Source: Frankiales bacterium (GTDB lineage Bacteria > Actinomycetota > Actinomycetes > Mycobacteriales > SCTD01). From it: a DNA stretch of 48,223 bases. Where the stretch lies: the NCBI GenBank assembly GCA_025352005.1, contig JANXUE010000312.1, positions 1 to 48,223 of the forward strand, written 5' to 3'. The translations under genes were made by a program, and so were the position numbers. Below are positions 35,835 through 43,887 of the stretch, in pieces; position 1 is the stretch's first letter, and the number at the start of each line of letters is the position of its first letter. The notes below the pieces were generated by a model. It was given only the letters and a program-made list of their open reading frames with translations, was not told the origin of the DNA and ran no database searches.

Positions 35835-36245
35835 TCACAGCTGCTTGCGCATGGTGCGGTGCTCAATCCCGGCCTCGAGGTAGACCTCGCCCACGGGAAG
35901 ATAGCCAGCCCTGCCGTAGAAGCCCTGCGCGTGGACCTGCGCGTGCAGCTCGACCGAGGGCAGTCCACGCTCACGAGCACGCTGCTCGAGCCGGACCAGG
36001 ACGGCAGCACCAATGCCCGTCCCGCGGGCCGACTCGGCCACGGCCATCCGGCCGATCGTCGCGTCCGGCAGCAACCGCCCCGTGCCGACGAGCGCCCCGT
36101 CAAGGATCGCCACGGCGTGGTCGCTGAGCGCGTCGAGGTCGTCGCGCTCGAGCTCCTCCGGCACCCCCTGGCCGACGACGAAGACCTCGTGCCGCAGCGC
36201 ATAGACAGCGGGCAGGTCCTGCTCCCTCGCGAGGCCGACGATCAC
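35835..36245 (-). CDS. GNAT family N-acetyltransferase
   Basis: 136 aa with the acetyl-CoA motif RGTGIGAAVLVRLEQRARERG. The GTG start overlaps the upstream stop as GTGA. Confidence 0.85.
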   Translation of the reverse strand: MIVGLAREQDLPAVYALRHEVFVVGQGVPEELERDDLDALSDHAVAILDGALVGTGRLLPDATIGRMAVAESARGTGIGAAVLVRLEQRARERGLPSVELHAQVHAQGFYGRAGYLPVGEVYLEAGIEHRTMRKQL

Positions 36246-37231
36246 GGTGAGTCGACCCCGGCCTGCTGCTTCTGGACGAGCCCGGTGACGTCAGGCAGCA
36301 GCGGCGACACCCGTAGGGACGTCAGCTGCGCGCCCTCGGGCGCCACCTGGATGGCCCGGACCCCGATCCGGGCGCGCAAGGCCGGAAGCGTCGACGATGC
36401 CGCCGACACGACGGCAGCGAACACGCAGGCGCACCCGCTCTGGTAAGCCGTGGCCTCGGCTCCGGCCGCGGTCGCGAACGCCGCGTAGGTGTCCCGTAAT
36501 GCCTGGTCCGCCCCGGTGACGACCTGCAGCGTGTCGACGTAACCCCGGTAGGACGACCGCCGGTCGGCGCGCCCGCGCGCGGCCTGCACGTAGGCCTCGC
36601 TCAGGGTGGCCCCGAGGTCACCCGTCACGGCGAACGGCAACTGCGCCGCCCCCTTGCCGCCGACCTTGGCTCGCAGGTATATCCGCAGCACGTGCGAGGC
36701 CGACATCATCGACCGCAGCTGTGCCGGGTCCTGGTACGTCGAGAAGCTCACCAGCGCGACCCTCGTCCCATCCGGAGAGCTGTTCTCGGCCACCGCGAGG
36801 CTCTTCGCGACCTTGGCCAGGTAGGTCGAGGCCATGTCCCCCACAGTTGGCCCGAGGGTGTTGTCGCCGACTCGCTCGTCACTGCCCGGCCGGATCGCAC
36901 CCCCGGTCCGGCCAGGGTCGACGACGGTCCGCTGCTGGGCGTGGCGGTTCGTGGCGGCCACCAGCGACACCGCCGTACCCGCCGCGGCGAGCAAGACCAG
37001 ACCGATCACCACGAACCCGAGCTGAGGCACGTCGCGGAAGGTGGCCAGGGGGCCGGAGCTGGCGTAGCGACGGTCGAGGCCGCGCAGGCCCTCGGAGCCG
37101 GGCGTGACCAGCTGCCGTCTGCGCCACCGGTCACGGCGGGCCTCGAACTGCGCGACCGACGCGCCGAGGCGATCGGCGGCGCGCGGCAGCAGCCGGTCGT
37201 CCCAGCCCCGGAGGTTGTCGCGCAGGCTCAC
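36242..37231 (-). CDS. Hypothetical membrane-anchored protein (single TM), unknown family
   Basis: GTG 37231 overlaps the rluD stop (GTGA), and its own stop overlaps the GNAT start (GTGA). The TM segment is [23 protein letters not shown]. Codon third positions are GC-rich. No family recognised. Confidence 0.6.
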   Translation of the reverse strand: MSLRDNLRGWDDRLLPRAADRLGASVAQFEARRDRWRRRQLVTPGSEGLRGLDRRYASSGPLATFRDVPQLGFVVIGLVLLAAAGTAVSLVAATNRHAQQRTVVDPGRTGGAIRPGSDERVGDNTLGPTVGDMASTYLAKVAKSLAVAENSSPDGTRVALVSFSTYQDPAQLRSMMSASHVLRIYLRAKVGGKGAAQLPFAVTGDLGATLSEAYVQAARGRADRRSSYRGYVDTLQVVTGADQALRDTYAAFATAAGAEATAYQSGCACVFAAVVSAASSTLPALRARIGVRAIQVAPEGAQLTSLRVSPLLPDVTGLVQKQQAGVDSP

Positions 37232-38208
37232 GACATCGCGGCGATCGTGTCCAGGGCGGCCTGCAGGTCCGGCGCGTAGGGGCTCTCGAACTCCACCCAG
37301 GACCCGTCGCCAGGGTGTGCGAAGGACAGGCGTACCGCGTGCAGCCACTGCCGTTCAAGGCCTAGCTTCTTGGCCAGCGTCGGGTCTGCGCCGTAGGTGA
37401 TGTCACCGACACAGGGGTGCTTGAGCGCGGCCATGTGGACGCGGATCTGGTGGGTGCGGCCGGTCTCGAGGTGGATGTCGAGCAGCGTCGCGTGCCGGTA
37501 GGCCTCGATGGTCTCGTAATGCGTGACGCTGTCACGGCCACCGGCAACCACGGCGAACTTGTACGCGCTCGTGGGGTGCCGGTCGATCGGCGCATCGACC
37601 GTGCCGGTGTGCGGGTCGGGGTGTCCCTGCACGAGGGCGTGGTAGCGCTTGTCGACGGTGCGCTCGCGGAAGGCGTCCTTGAGCACGGTGTAGGCACGTT
37701 CGCTCTTCGCGACGACCATCAGGCCGCTGGTACCGACATCGAGGCGGTGGACGACGCCCTGCCGCTCGTCGGCTCCGCTGGTGCTGATGCGGTGTCCGGC
37801 GGCAGCGAGCCCGCCGATGACGGTGGGGCCTTCCCAGCCGGGGCTCGGATGGGCAGCCACACCGACCGGCTTGTCGACGACGATGAGGTGGTCGTCCTCG
37901 TGGACGACCCGAAGCCCCTCGACCACCTCCGGGGGCCTGGTGGGCACCCGTTCGACGGTGGGCAGGTCAACCTCGAGGGTCGCACCGGCCAGGACCCGGT
38001 CGGACTTGCCGCGGACGCGGCCGTCCACACTGACCCCACCGGCCTCGATGACCGTCACCGCCGCGGTGCGGGAGAGCCCGAACAGTCGCGACAGGGCTGC
38101 GTCGAGGCGCAGTCCGTCGAGGCCCTCCGGTACGGGTAGGGAGCGGTGGTCGGTCACCCCCCTATTCTGCCGTGCCTTCGCGCCGGTGCGTGCCGTCGAC
38201 TTCGACAC
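37228..38208 (-). CDS. rluD: RluA-family 23S rRNA pseudouridine synthase (RluD-like)
   Basis: S4-like N-terminus ([15 protein letters not shown]) and catalytic [15 protein letters not shown]. The start may be GTG 38157 rather than ATG 38208. Confidence 0.9.
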   Translation of the reverse strand: MSKSTARTGAKARQNRGVTDHRSLPVPEGLDGLRLDAALSRLFGLSRTAAVTVIEAGGVSVDGRVRGKSDRVLAGATLEVDLPTVERVPTRPPEVVEGLRVVHEDDHLIVVDKPVGVAAHPSPGWEGPTVIGGLAAAGHRISTSGADERQGVVHRLDVGTSGLMVVAKSERAYTVLKDAFRERTVDKRYHALVQGHPDPHTGTVDAPIDRHPTSAYKFAVVAGGRDSVTHYETIEAYRHATLLDIHLETGRTHQIRVHMAALKHPCVGDITYGADPTLAKKLGLERQWLHAVRLSFAHPGDGSWVEFESPYAPDLQAALDTIAAMS

Positions 38209-38683
38209 CCCTCAGCGACAGGAGAACGGCGAGGACCGCGCCGACCGTGATCGCGCTGTCCGCGACGTTGAACGTGGCGAAGTGCGGCACCGAGATGAAG
38301 TCGACGACGGCCCCACGACCGATGCCCGGTGCCCGGGTGAGCCGATCGACGAGATTGCCCACCGCCCCGCCGAGCAACAGCCCGAGGGTCACGGCCCAGG
38401 CCGAGCTGCGCAGCCGTGGCAGCGTCCGCACGATGAAGACCGCAACGCCCACCGCGACCAGCGTGAAGACCACCGTCGCACCCTCAGCGAAGGAGAACGC
38501 CGCCCCGCTGTTGCGGGACACGGCGAGGGTCACGGCGCCGCCGAGCAGCTCGATCGGCTCCTTGCCCTCGAGCCGGGCCACCACGAGCAGCTTCGTGCCG
38601 ATATCTGCGAGCAGGGCCACCAGCGCGACGAGGACGAGCAGGACGCGGGGCTTGGTCAGCGCCGTTCCTCGCGCTGCTTGCAC
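38162..38683 (-). CDS. lspA: Lipoprotein signal peptidase (signal peptidase II)
   Basis: 173 aa with four TM helices. Has the conserved NSGAAFSF and FNVADSAI motifs. Confidence 0.9.
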   Translation of the reverse strand: MQAARGTALTKPRVLLVLVALVALLADIGTKLLVVARLEGKEPIELLGGAVTLAVSRNSGAAFSFAEGATVVFTLVAVGVAVFIVRTLPRLRSSAWAVTLGLLLGGAVGNLVDRLTRAPGIGRGAVVDFISVPHFATFNVADSAITVGAVLAVLLSLRGVEVDGTHRREGTAE

Positions 38684-39615
38684 GCGACGTCGAGAGTCGC
38701 TGCCGGCAGCGCCTGCAGCCGCGCCTTCGGGATCGGGTTGCCGCAGTTCTCGCAGCGTCCATAGGTGCCGGCATCGAGCCGGGCGAGCGCTCGCTCGACC
38801 TGCACAAGCAGGTCCCGGCTGTTGTTGGCCAGCGACATCTCGTGCTCGCGCTCGAAGGTTTTGGTACCCGCGTCGGCCTCATCGCCCGTCCCCTCGGAGC
38901 CCGCGTCGCGCTGGAGGGCTGCGTTCTGCAGCTCGGCCTCGTCGATCTCGCCCTGGAGATCCTTGGCCTGGACGCCGAGCTCCTTGCGGATGTCGGCGAG
39001 CTCCTTCTTGGTCCAGGCGTCGTCGCCGGTCAGGGGGGAGTTGGCGCTCACGGTTGCCTTCACGGTTGCCTTCACCGGTGCTTTCGTCGGGGCTCTAGTC
39101 GCCTTCGTCGGCGTTGTCAGGGCGGCAGCGGGCGGATCGATGAGAGGTGGGTGGGAGTGGCTCGTGCCCCCGGTGGTGCCGCGGGCTGCCTTGGTGGCCG
39201 CCTTCTTCACGGGCGCAACCTTCTTGACCGGGGCCGCCTTCTTCACAGGTGCTGTCACCTTCTTGACCGGGGCCGCCTTCTTCACGGGCGCAACCTTCTT
39301 GACCGGGGCCGCCTTCTTCACAGGTGCTGTCACCTTCTTGACCGGGGCCGCCTTCTTCACGGGCGCAACCTTCTTGGCTGGCACGACCTTGTTCACCGGC
39401 ACGACCTTCTTGGCAGGCCTCGGGACCGATGCAGGGGCCGGCTTGGTCGCCGGCTTGGTTGCCGGCTTGATCGCTGCCGGCTTGGCAGCAGAGCCAGCAG
39501 GGGGGGACGTCGGAGGCGGTGGCGTCCGAGGCGTTGCGGCCTTCGCCGGCGCCGACGCAGCCTTGTCCTTTCGGTTCAACAGCCCGCGCAGGCCGCGCTT
39601 GCGCTCGGTGGCCAT
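38656..39615 (-). CDS. DksA/TraR-family zinc-finger protein with N-terminal Lys/Ala/Pro-rich histone-H1-like repeat domain (DdbA-like)
   Basis: ATG 39615 (MATERKRG...). The N-terminal half is PAKK/APVKK repeats. The C-terminal half has the DksA coiled coil and the finger [25 protein letters not shown]. Confidence 0.85.
   Translation of the reverse strand: MATERKRGLRGLLNRKDKAASAPAKAATPRTPPPPTSPPAGSAAKPAAIKPATKPATKPAPASVPRPAKKVVPVNKVVPAKKVAPVKKAAPVKKVTAPVKKAAPVKKVAPVKKAAPVKKVTAPVKKAAPVKKVAPVKKAATKAARGTTGGTSHSHPPLIDPPAAALTTPTKATRAPTKAPVKATVKATVSANSPLTGDDAWTKKELADIRKELGVQAKDLQGEIDEAELQNAALQRDAGSEGTGDEADAGTKTFEREHEMSLANNSRDLLVQVERALARLDAGTYGRCENCGNPIPKARLQALPAATLDVACKQREERR
39196..39376. repeat. 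Perfect 75-bp tandem duplication (2.4 copies) inside the histone-like coding region
   Basis: Units 39196-39270 and 39271-39345 are identical base for base. A third partial copy at 39346-39376 is identical over 31 nt. Each unit encodes 25 aa (KKAAPVKKVAPVKKAAPVKKVTAPV register). Confidence 0.95.
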
Positions 39616-39849
39616 GAAAGCTCCCTCATCACGCGTGTACTTGCTTAGACGGGTCGGGAGGATACGCGCCACGGTCATGGCGGCACAAAGCGCCGCGCCG
39701 TGTAGGGCTCGACGGACGTGCAGCCAGGGCTTAGGCCACGAGGCCGTCGTACAGCAACCGGTGGAGTTGCGGGAGCCGACGCCACTAGGCTCCGGAGGGT
39801 AGGACCGTCGCGACGACGGGGGACGAGTAGGTTCGGACGCTGCCACGAG

Positions 39850-40015
39850 CGACCTGGGGACGGTGTGAGCCCAGGGGTCAGGCCAGGCCGAAGATCACCC
39901 CCTGAGCGACCTGAGCACGGCAAGAGCGGGCAGGCAACGGCTTGCCAAGGAGGGTGGTACCGCGGGGCGTGAGCCTCGTCCCTTCGTCGGAGCACCACTG
40001 ACGGAGGCACCCCGC
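39850..40015 (+). promoter_or_regulatory. T-box leader (Ile-specific) controlling ileS, probably at translation initiation
   Basis: Canonical T-box core AGGGTGGTACCGCG at 39951-39964. It is preceded by a small hairpin (ggcaa cggc ttgcc, 39933-39946). Candidate specifier AUC followed by A lies at 39894-39897 in an upstream stem-loop region. GCGGGG (39962-39967) can pair with CCCCGC (40010-40015), which abuts the AUG. The SD GGAGG is at 40003-40007. No U-tract terminator. Confidence 0.75.
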
Positions 40016-43000
40016 ATGACCGGCATGAACAAGCTCCCCGCCCAGGTCGACCTGCCAGCGCTCGAGCACGAGGTGCTTGCCCGCTGGGAGCGTGACCGGG
40101 TCTTCGAGCGCAGCCTCGAGCAGACCAGGGACGGCGAGCCGTGGGTCTTCTACGAGGGACCGCCGACGGCCAACGGCAAGCCGGGCACGCACCACGTCGA
40201 GGCGCGGGTCTTCAAGGACCTGTTCCCGCGCTTCAAGACCATGCAGGGCAGGCACGTGCCCCGTAAGGCCGGCTGGGACTGCCACGGGCTGCCGGTCGAG
40301 CTCGCCGTCGAGAAGGAGCTCGGATTCTCCGGAAAGGGCGACATCGAGATCTACGGCATCGCGGAGTTCAACGCCGCCTGCCGCACCTCGGTCATGCGTC
40401 ACGTCGGTGAATTCGAGGCCCTGACCCGGCGGATGGCGTACTGGGTCGACACCGACGACGCCTACCGCACGATGGACCCGAGCTACATCGAGTCGGTGTG
40501 GTGGTCGCTCAAGCAGGTGTATGACAGGGGCCTCCTCGTGCAGGACTACCGCGTCGCGCCCTACTGCCCGCGCTGCGGGACCGGGCTGTCGGACCACGAG
40601 GTCGCGCAGGGGTACCAGACGGTGGTCGACCCCAGCGTCTACGTCCGCTTCCCGGTCACCAGCGGCCCCCTGCAGGCCCTGGGCGCAGCCCTGCTGGTCT
40701 GGACAACAACGCCCTGGACCCTGGTCTCCAACACGGCGGTAGCGGTTCACCCGGCGGTGACCTACGTCGTGGCGAAGACCGCGACGGAAGTACTCGTCGT
40801 CGCGGAGCCCCTCGCCGAGGCGGTTCTCGGTGAGCACGAGGTCCTCGAGCGCTTCCCGGGGTCGGCCCTGGAGCACACGACGTACCGCCGGCCCTTCGAC
40901 TGGCTGACGATCGAGGAGGCCCACTACGTCGGGCTCGCCGACTACGTCACCACCGATTCCGGCACCGGCCTGGTCCACCAGGCACCGGCCTTTGGCGCAG
41001 AGGACCTGCAGGTCGCCCGCAAGTACGGCCTGCCCGTCGTCAACCCGATCCAGCCGGACGGCACCTTCGCCGTGGACGTGCCCCTGGTCGGCGGCCTGTT
41101 CTTCAAGGCCGCCGACGGGGCCCTCGTGCAGGACCTTGAGAGCCGTGGGCTGCTGTTCCTCCAGAAGCCGTATGAGCACCCTTACCCGCACTGCTGGCGC
41201 TGCGACACCGCCCTGCTCTACTACGCGCTCCCCTCCTGGTACATCCGCACCACCGTCATCAAGGACCGCCTGCTGGAAGAGAACGCCAAGACCGACTGGC
41301 ACCCTGAGACCATCCAGAACGGCCGGTACGGCGACTGGCTCACCCACAACATCGACTGGGCGCTGTCCCGAAACCGTTACTGGGGCACTCCCCTGCCGAT
41401 CTGGCGATGCGAAGGCGGGCACCTGACTGTCGTGGGGTCCCTGGCCGAGCTGGGATCCCTTGCGGGACGAGATGTCTTAGCTCTGGACCCGCACCGGCCC
41501 TTCGTCGACGACGTCACCCTTGCTTGCCCGGAGTGCGGCCAGCTCGCGACCCGGGTCCCCGAGGTGATCGACTGCTGGTACGACGCCGGGTCGATGCCGT
41601 TCGCCCAGGTCGGCTACCCGCACAGCGGCGTCGATCCGGCGTACCCCGCGCAGTACATCTGCGAGGCGATCGACCAGACCCGTGGCTGGTTCTACACGCT
41701 GATGGCCATCGGGACTCTCGTCTTTGACCGGAGCCCCTACGAAACCGTCCTGTGTCTCGGGCACATCCTGGACGCCGAGGGTCGCAAGATGAGCAAGCAT
41801 CTGGGCAACGTCCTGGACCCCCACGAGCTGATGGACCGGCACGGCGCGGATGCCCTTCGCTGGTACATGCTCTGCGGTGGAAACCCATGGGCTGCACGAA
41901 GAGTCGGGCACGAGCAGCTCGAGGAAGCAGTCCGCAAGGTGCTCCTCACGTACTGGAACACCGCCGCCTTCCTGACGCTCTACGCCGGCGCGAACCAGTG
42001 GGTTCCAGGCAGGGTCGAGCCCGCCGAGCGGACCTTGCTGGACCGATGGGCGATCAGCGAGCTGCACGACACCGTCCAGGTCGTGACCCAGGCCCTCGAG
42101 GGCTTCGACTCACTGCGTGCAGGTAAGCGGTTAACGCAGCTCATCGACGACCTGTCCAACTGGTATGTCCGGACCTCGCGCCGGCGCTTCTGGGACGGTG
42201 ACCCAGCCGCGTTGGCGACGCTGCACGAGTGCCTGGAGGTGCTGACCCGGCTGCTCGCCCCCTTCCTGCCCTTCCTGACCGAGGCCGTGCACGACGCCCT
42301 CGTGGTCAGCGTGCGGAACGACCTGCCCGACTCGGTCCACCTGCGCGACTGGCCCACGGCCGACGCGGACCTGGTCGACGCGGACCTGGCCGCTCAGGTG
42401 GCCTTGACCCGCAGGCTCGTTGACCTGGGTCGGACGGCCCGGGCCGAGTCGAAGACCAAGACCCGCCAACCTCTCGGCCGCGCGCTGGTATCCGCGCAGG
42501 GCTGGGCCTCACTGCCCCAGGAGCTCAAAGACCTCGTGGCTGCCGAGCTCAACGTCGGCACCCTCGAGGCCCTGTCCGGGGACCTGGTCGAGGTGAGCGT
42601 CAAAGCCAACTTCCGGGTCCTGGGCAAACGCTTCGGCAAAGGTGTGCAGGAGGTCGCAGCCGCTGTCGCCGCCTGCGACGCGGCCCCGCTGTCGGCGGCG
42701 CTGAAGGCAGGCACGGCGACGGTCCTGGTCGACGGCGCCGCGGTGCCGCTGTCTGCAGAAGAGGTCATCGTCACCGAGACACCGCGCTCGGGCTGGGCGG
42801 TCGCGAGCGCGGCCGGCGAAACCGTCGCACTCGATCTCGACATCACCCCGGTACTGCGCAGGGCCGGCCTGGTGCGCGACGTCATCCGACTCGTCCAGGA
42901 CGCACGCAAGGGCACCGGCCTCGACGTGAGCGACCGCATCGAGCTGTGGTGGGCTGCCAACGGTGAGCTGGCCGAGGCGCTGCACGAGGGCTTGCTGCGG

Positions 43001-43117
43001 CTCGCCGAGGAGGTCCTCGCGGTCAGCGTTGTGCAGGGCCACCCCACGGCAGACCTGGCCCACCATGACGACCGAGACCTCGGACTGCGGTTCTGGCTCC
43101 GGGTCGCCGGCGGCTGA
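40016..43117 (+). CDS. ileS: Isoleucine--tRNA ligase (long, type 2-like form)
   Basis: 1033 aa. HIGH-type motif PPTANGKPGTHHV, KMSKS motif GRKMSKHLGN, and a CP1 editing insertion. Confidence 0.97.
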   Translation: MTGMNKLPAQVDLPALEHEVLARWERDRVFERSLEQTRDGEPWVFYEGPPTANGKPGTHHVEARVFKDLFPRFKTMQGRHVPRKAGWDCHGLPVELAVEKELGFSGKGDIEIYGIAEFNAACRTSVMRHVGEFEALTRRMAYWVDTDDAYRTMDPSYIESVWWSLKQVYDRGLLVQDYRVAPYCPRCGTGLSDHEVAQGYQTVVDPSVYVRFPVTSGPLQALGAALLVWTTTPWTLVSNTAVAVHPAVTYVVAKTATEVLVVAEPLAEAVLGEHEVLERFPGSALEHTTYRRPFDWLTIEEAHYVGLADYVTTDSGTGLVHQAPAFGAEDLQVARKYGLPVVNPIQPDGTFAVDVPLVGGLFFKAADGALVQDLESRGLLFLQKPYEHPYPHCWRCDTALLYYALPSWYIRTTVIKDRLLEENAKTDWHPETIQNGRYGDWLTHNIDWALSRNRYWGTPLPIWRCEGGHLTVVGSLAELGSLAGRDVLALDPHRPFVDDVTLACPECGQLATRVPEVIDCWYDAGSMPFAQVGYPHSGVDPAYPAQYICEAIDQTRGWFYTLMAIGTLVFDRSPYETVLCLGHILDAEGRKMSKHLGNVLDPHELMDRHGADALRWYMLCGGNPWAARRVGHEQLEEAVRKVLLTYWNTAAFLTLYAGANQWVPGRVEPAERTLLDRWAISELHDTVQVVTQALEGFDSLRAGKRLTQLIDDLSNWYVRTSRRRFWDGDPAALATLHECLEVLTRLLAPFLPFLTEAVHDALVVSVRNDLPDSVHLRDWPTADADLVDADLAAQVALTRRLVDLGRTARAESKTKTRQPLGRALVSAQGWASLPQELKDLVAAELNVGTLEALSGDLVEVSVKANFRVLGKRFGKGVQEVAAAVAACDAAPLSAALKAGTATVLVDGAAVPLSAEEVIVTETPRSGWAVASAAGETVALDLDITPVLRRAGLVRDVIRLVQDARKGTGLDVSDRIELWWAANGELAEALHEGLLRLAEEVLAVSVVQGHPTADLAHHDDRDLGLRFWLRVAGG

Positions 43118-43221
43118 TTCACCCGTTTGGCCGCACAAGATGTGCCCCCACCCCTGCCGATAGTCCTGGTGACACCCGGCACTGCTCCAACCAGCGCAGT
43201 GCGACCAGCCAGGAGGAACCG

Positions 43222-43710
43222 GTGACCGTTCACACCGTCGAGCTGGCCGAGCCCAAGGCCGTGCACCGTTCGTTCCGCCTGACCCGACCCGGCGCGGCTG
43301 TCGCGCTGGAGAGCCAAATCCGACCGGCCTTGGTCCTGCCCGAGCGTGAGGGACGCGCGCTGCTGGTCGCGGCCCAGCGCGAGGACGTGTCCTGCGGCGG
43401 TTGCTACTCCGCAGGCCCGGCCGGCGTGCAGGTCTGGAGCGGCCCGTGGGAGGGGATAGGCGGCAGCCGCGGCGATGCTGTGCACCTGGGCTCGGTCGAC
43501 TGGAGCTACGACACCCCCGTCCGGCACTACATCACGATCTACCGGGTGCTGGTGACGCCTCAGGGCGTCCAGAGCGGCCAGGACACCCACCTGCTGCTCG
43601 GCCGGGTACTCGGGCTGGCCGGTCTCGGTACCTCAGGAGAGGTTCTGTCGATGCCGCTACCCCCGCGCCGTGACCCGTTCCGCTCAGCCGCCCTTCGCGA
43701 GCGGATCTGA
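43222..43710 (+). CDS. Hypothetical protein, no family recognised
   Basis: GTG 43222 lies 4 nt after a strong AGGAGGA (43211-43217). Third-codon positions are GC-rich across 162 codons, and two strong hairpins follow the ORF. Confidence 0.62.
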   Translation: MTVHTVELAEPKAVHRSFRLTRPGAAVALESQIRPALVLPEREGRALLVAAQREDVSCGGCYSAGPAGVQVWSGPWEGIGGSRGDAVHLGSVDWSYDTPVRHYITIYRVLVTPQGVQSGQDTHLLLGRVLGLAGLGTSGEVLSMPLPPRRDPFRSAALRERI

Positions 43711-43770
43711 CCAGGCCACTGACCATCCGGGGCTGACCCTTGAGCACCGTGGGCTGGCCCGCGGGACGAC

Positions 43771-43809
43771 GGGTGCTCGGAGCCTCCCCCCCTTGTGCTC
43801 CGAGCACCC
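43771..43809. terminator. Hairpin 1 (13-bp perfect stem gggtgctcggagc/gctccgagcaccc)
   Basis: Inverted repeat 43771-43783 / 43797-43809 with a C-rich 13-nt loop, between convergent genes. Confidence 0.5.
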
Positions 43810-43820
43810 TTGTACGACGA

Positions 43821-43857
43821 CAGCGGCCGTCTCCCCGTCACGGGGAGGCGGCCGCTG
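43821..43857. terminator. Hairpin 2 (17-bp stem with one G-U pair, 3-nt loop)
   Basis: Arms are cagcggccgtctccccg (43821-43837) and cggggaggcggccgctg (43841-43857). It lies 31 nt from the stop of the minus-strand gene. Confidence 0.6.
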
Positions 43858-43887
43858 CTCAGCGTGCGGTCGTCGTGGTGGCTGGCC

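Noticed and set aside
39196-39376. Repeat arrays (75-bp units here, 11-nt units at 7403-7435) as possible CRISPR.
   Set aside because: The repeats are directly adjacent with no spacers. The 75-bp array is in-frame coding sequence. No cas genes are present.
41477-42133. Two in-frame TTA leucine codons in ileS (41477-41479 and 42131-42133), which could suggest bldA-type control.
   Set aside because: ileS is an essential housekeeping gene, nothing shows the organism is a Streptomyces, and two rare codons in 1033 are not statistically remarkable without genome-wide codon counts.
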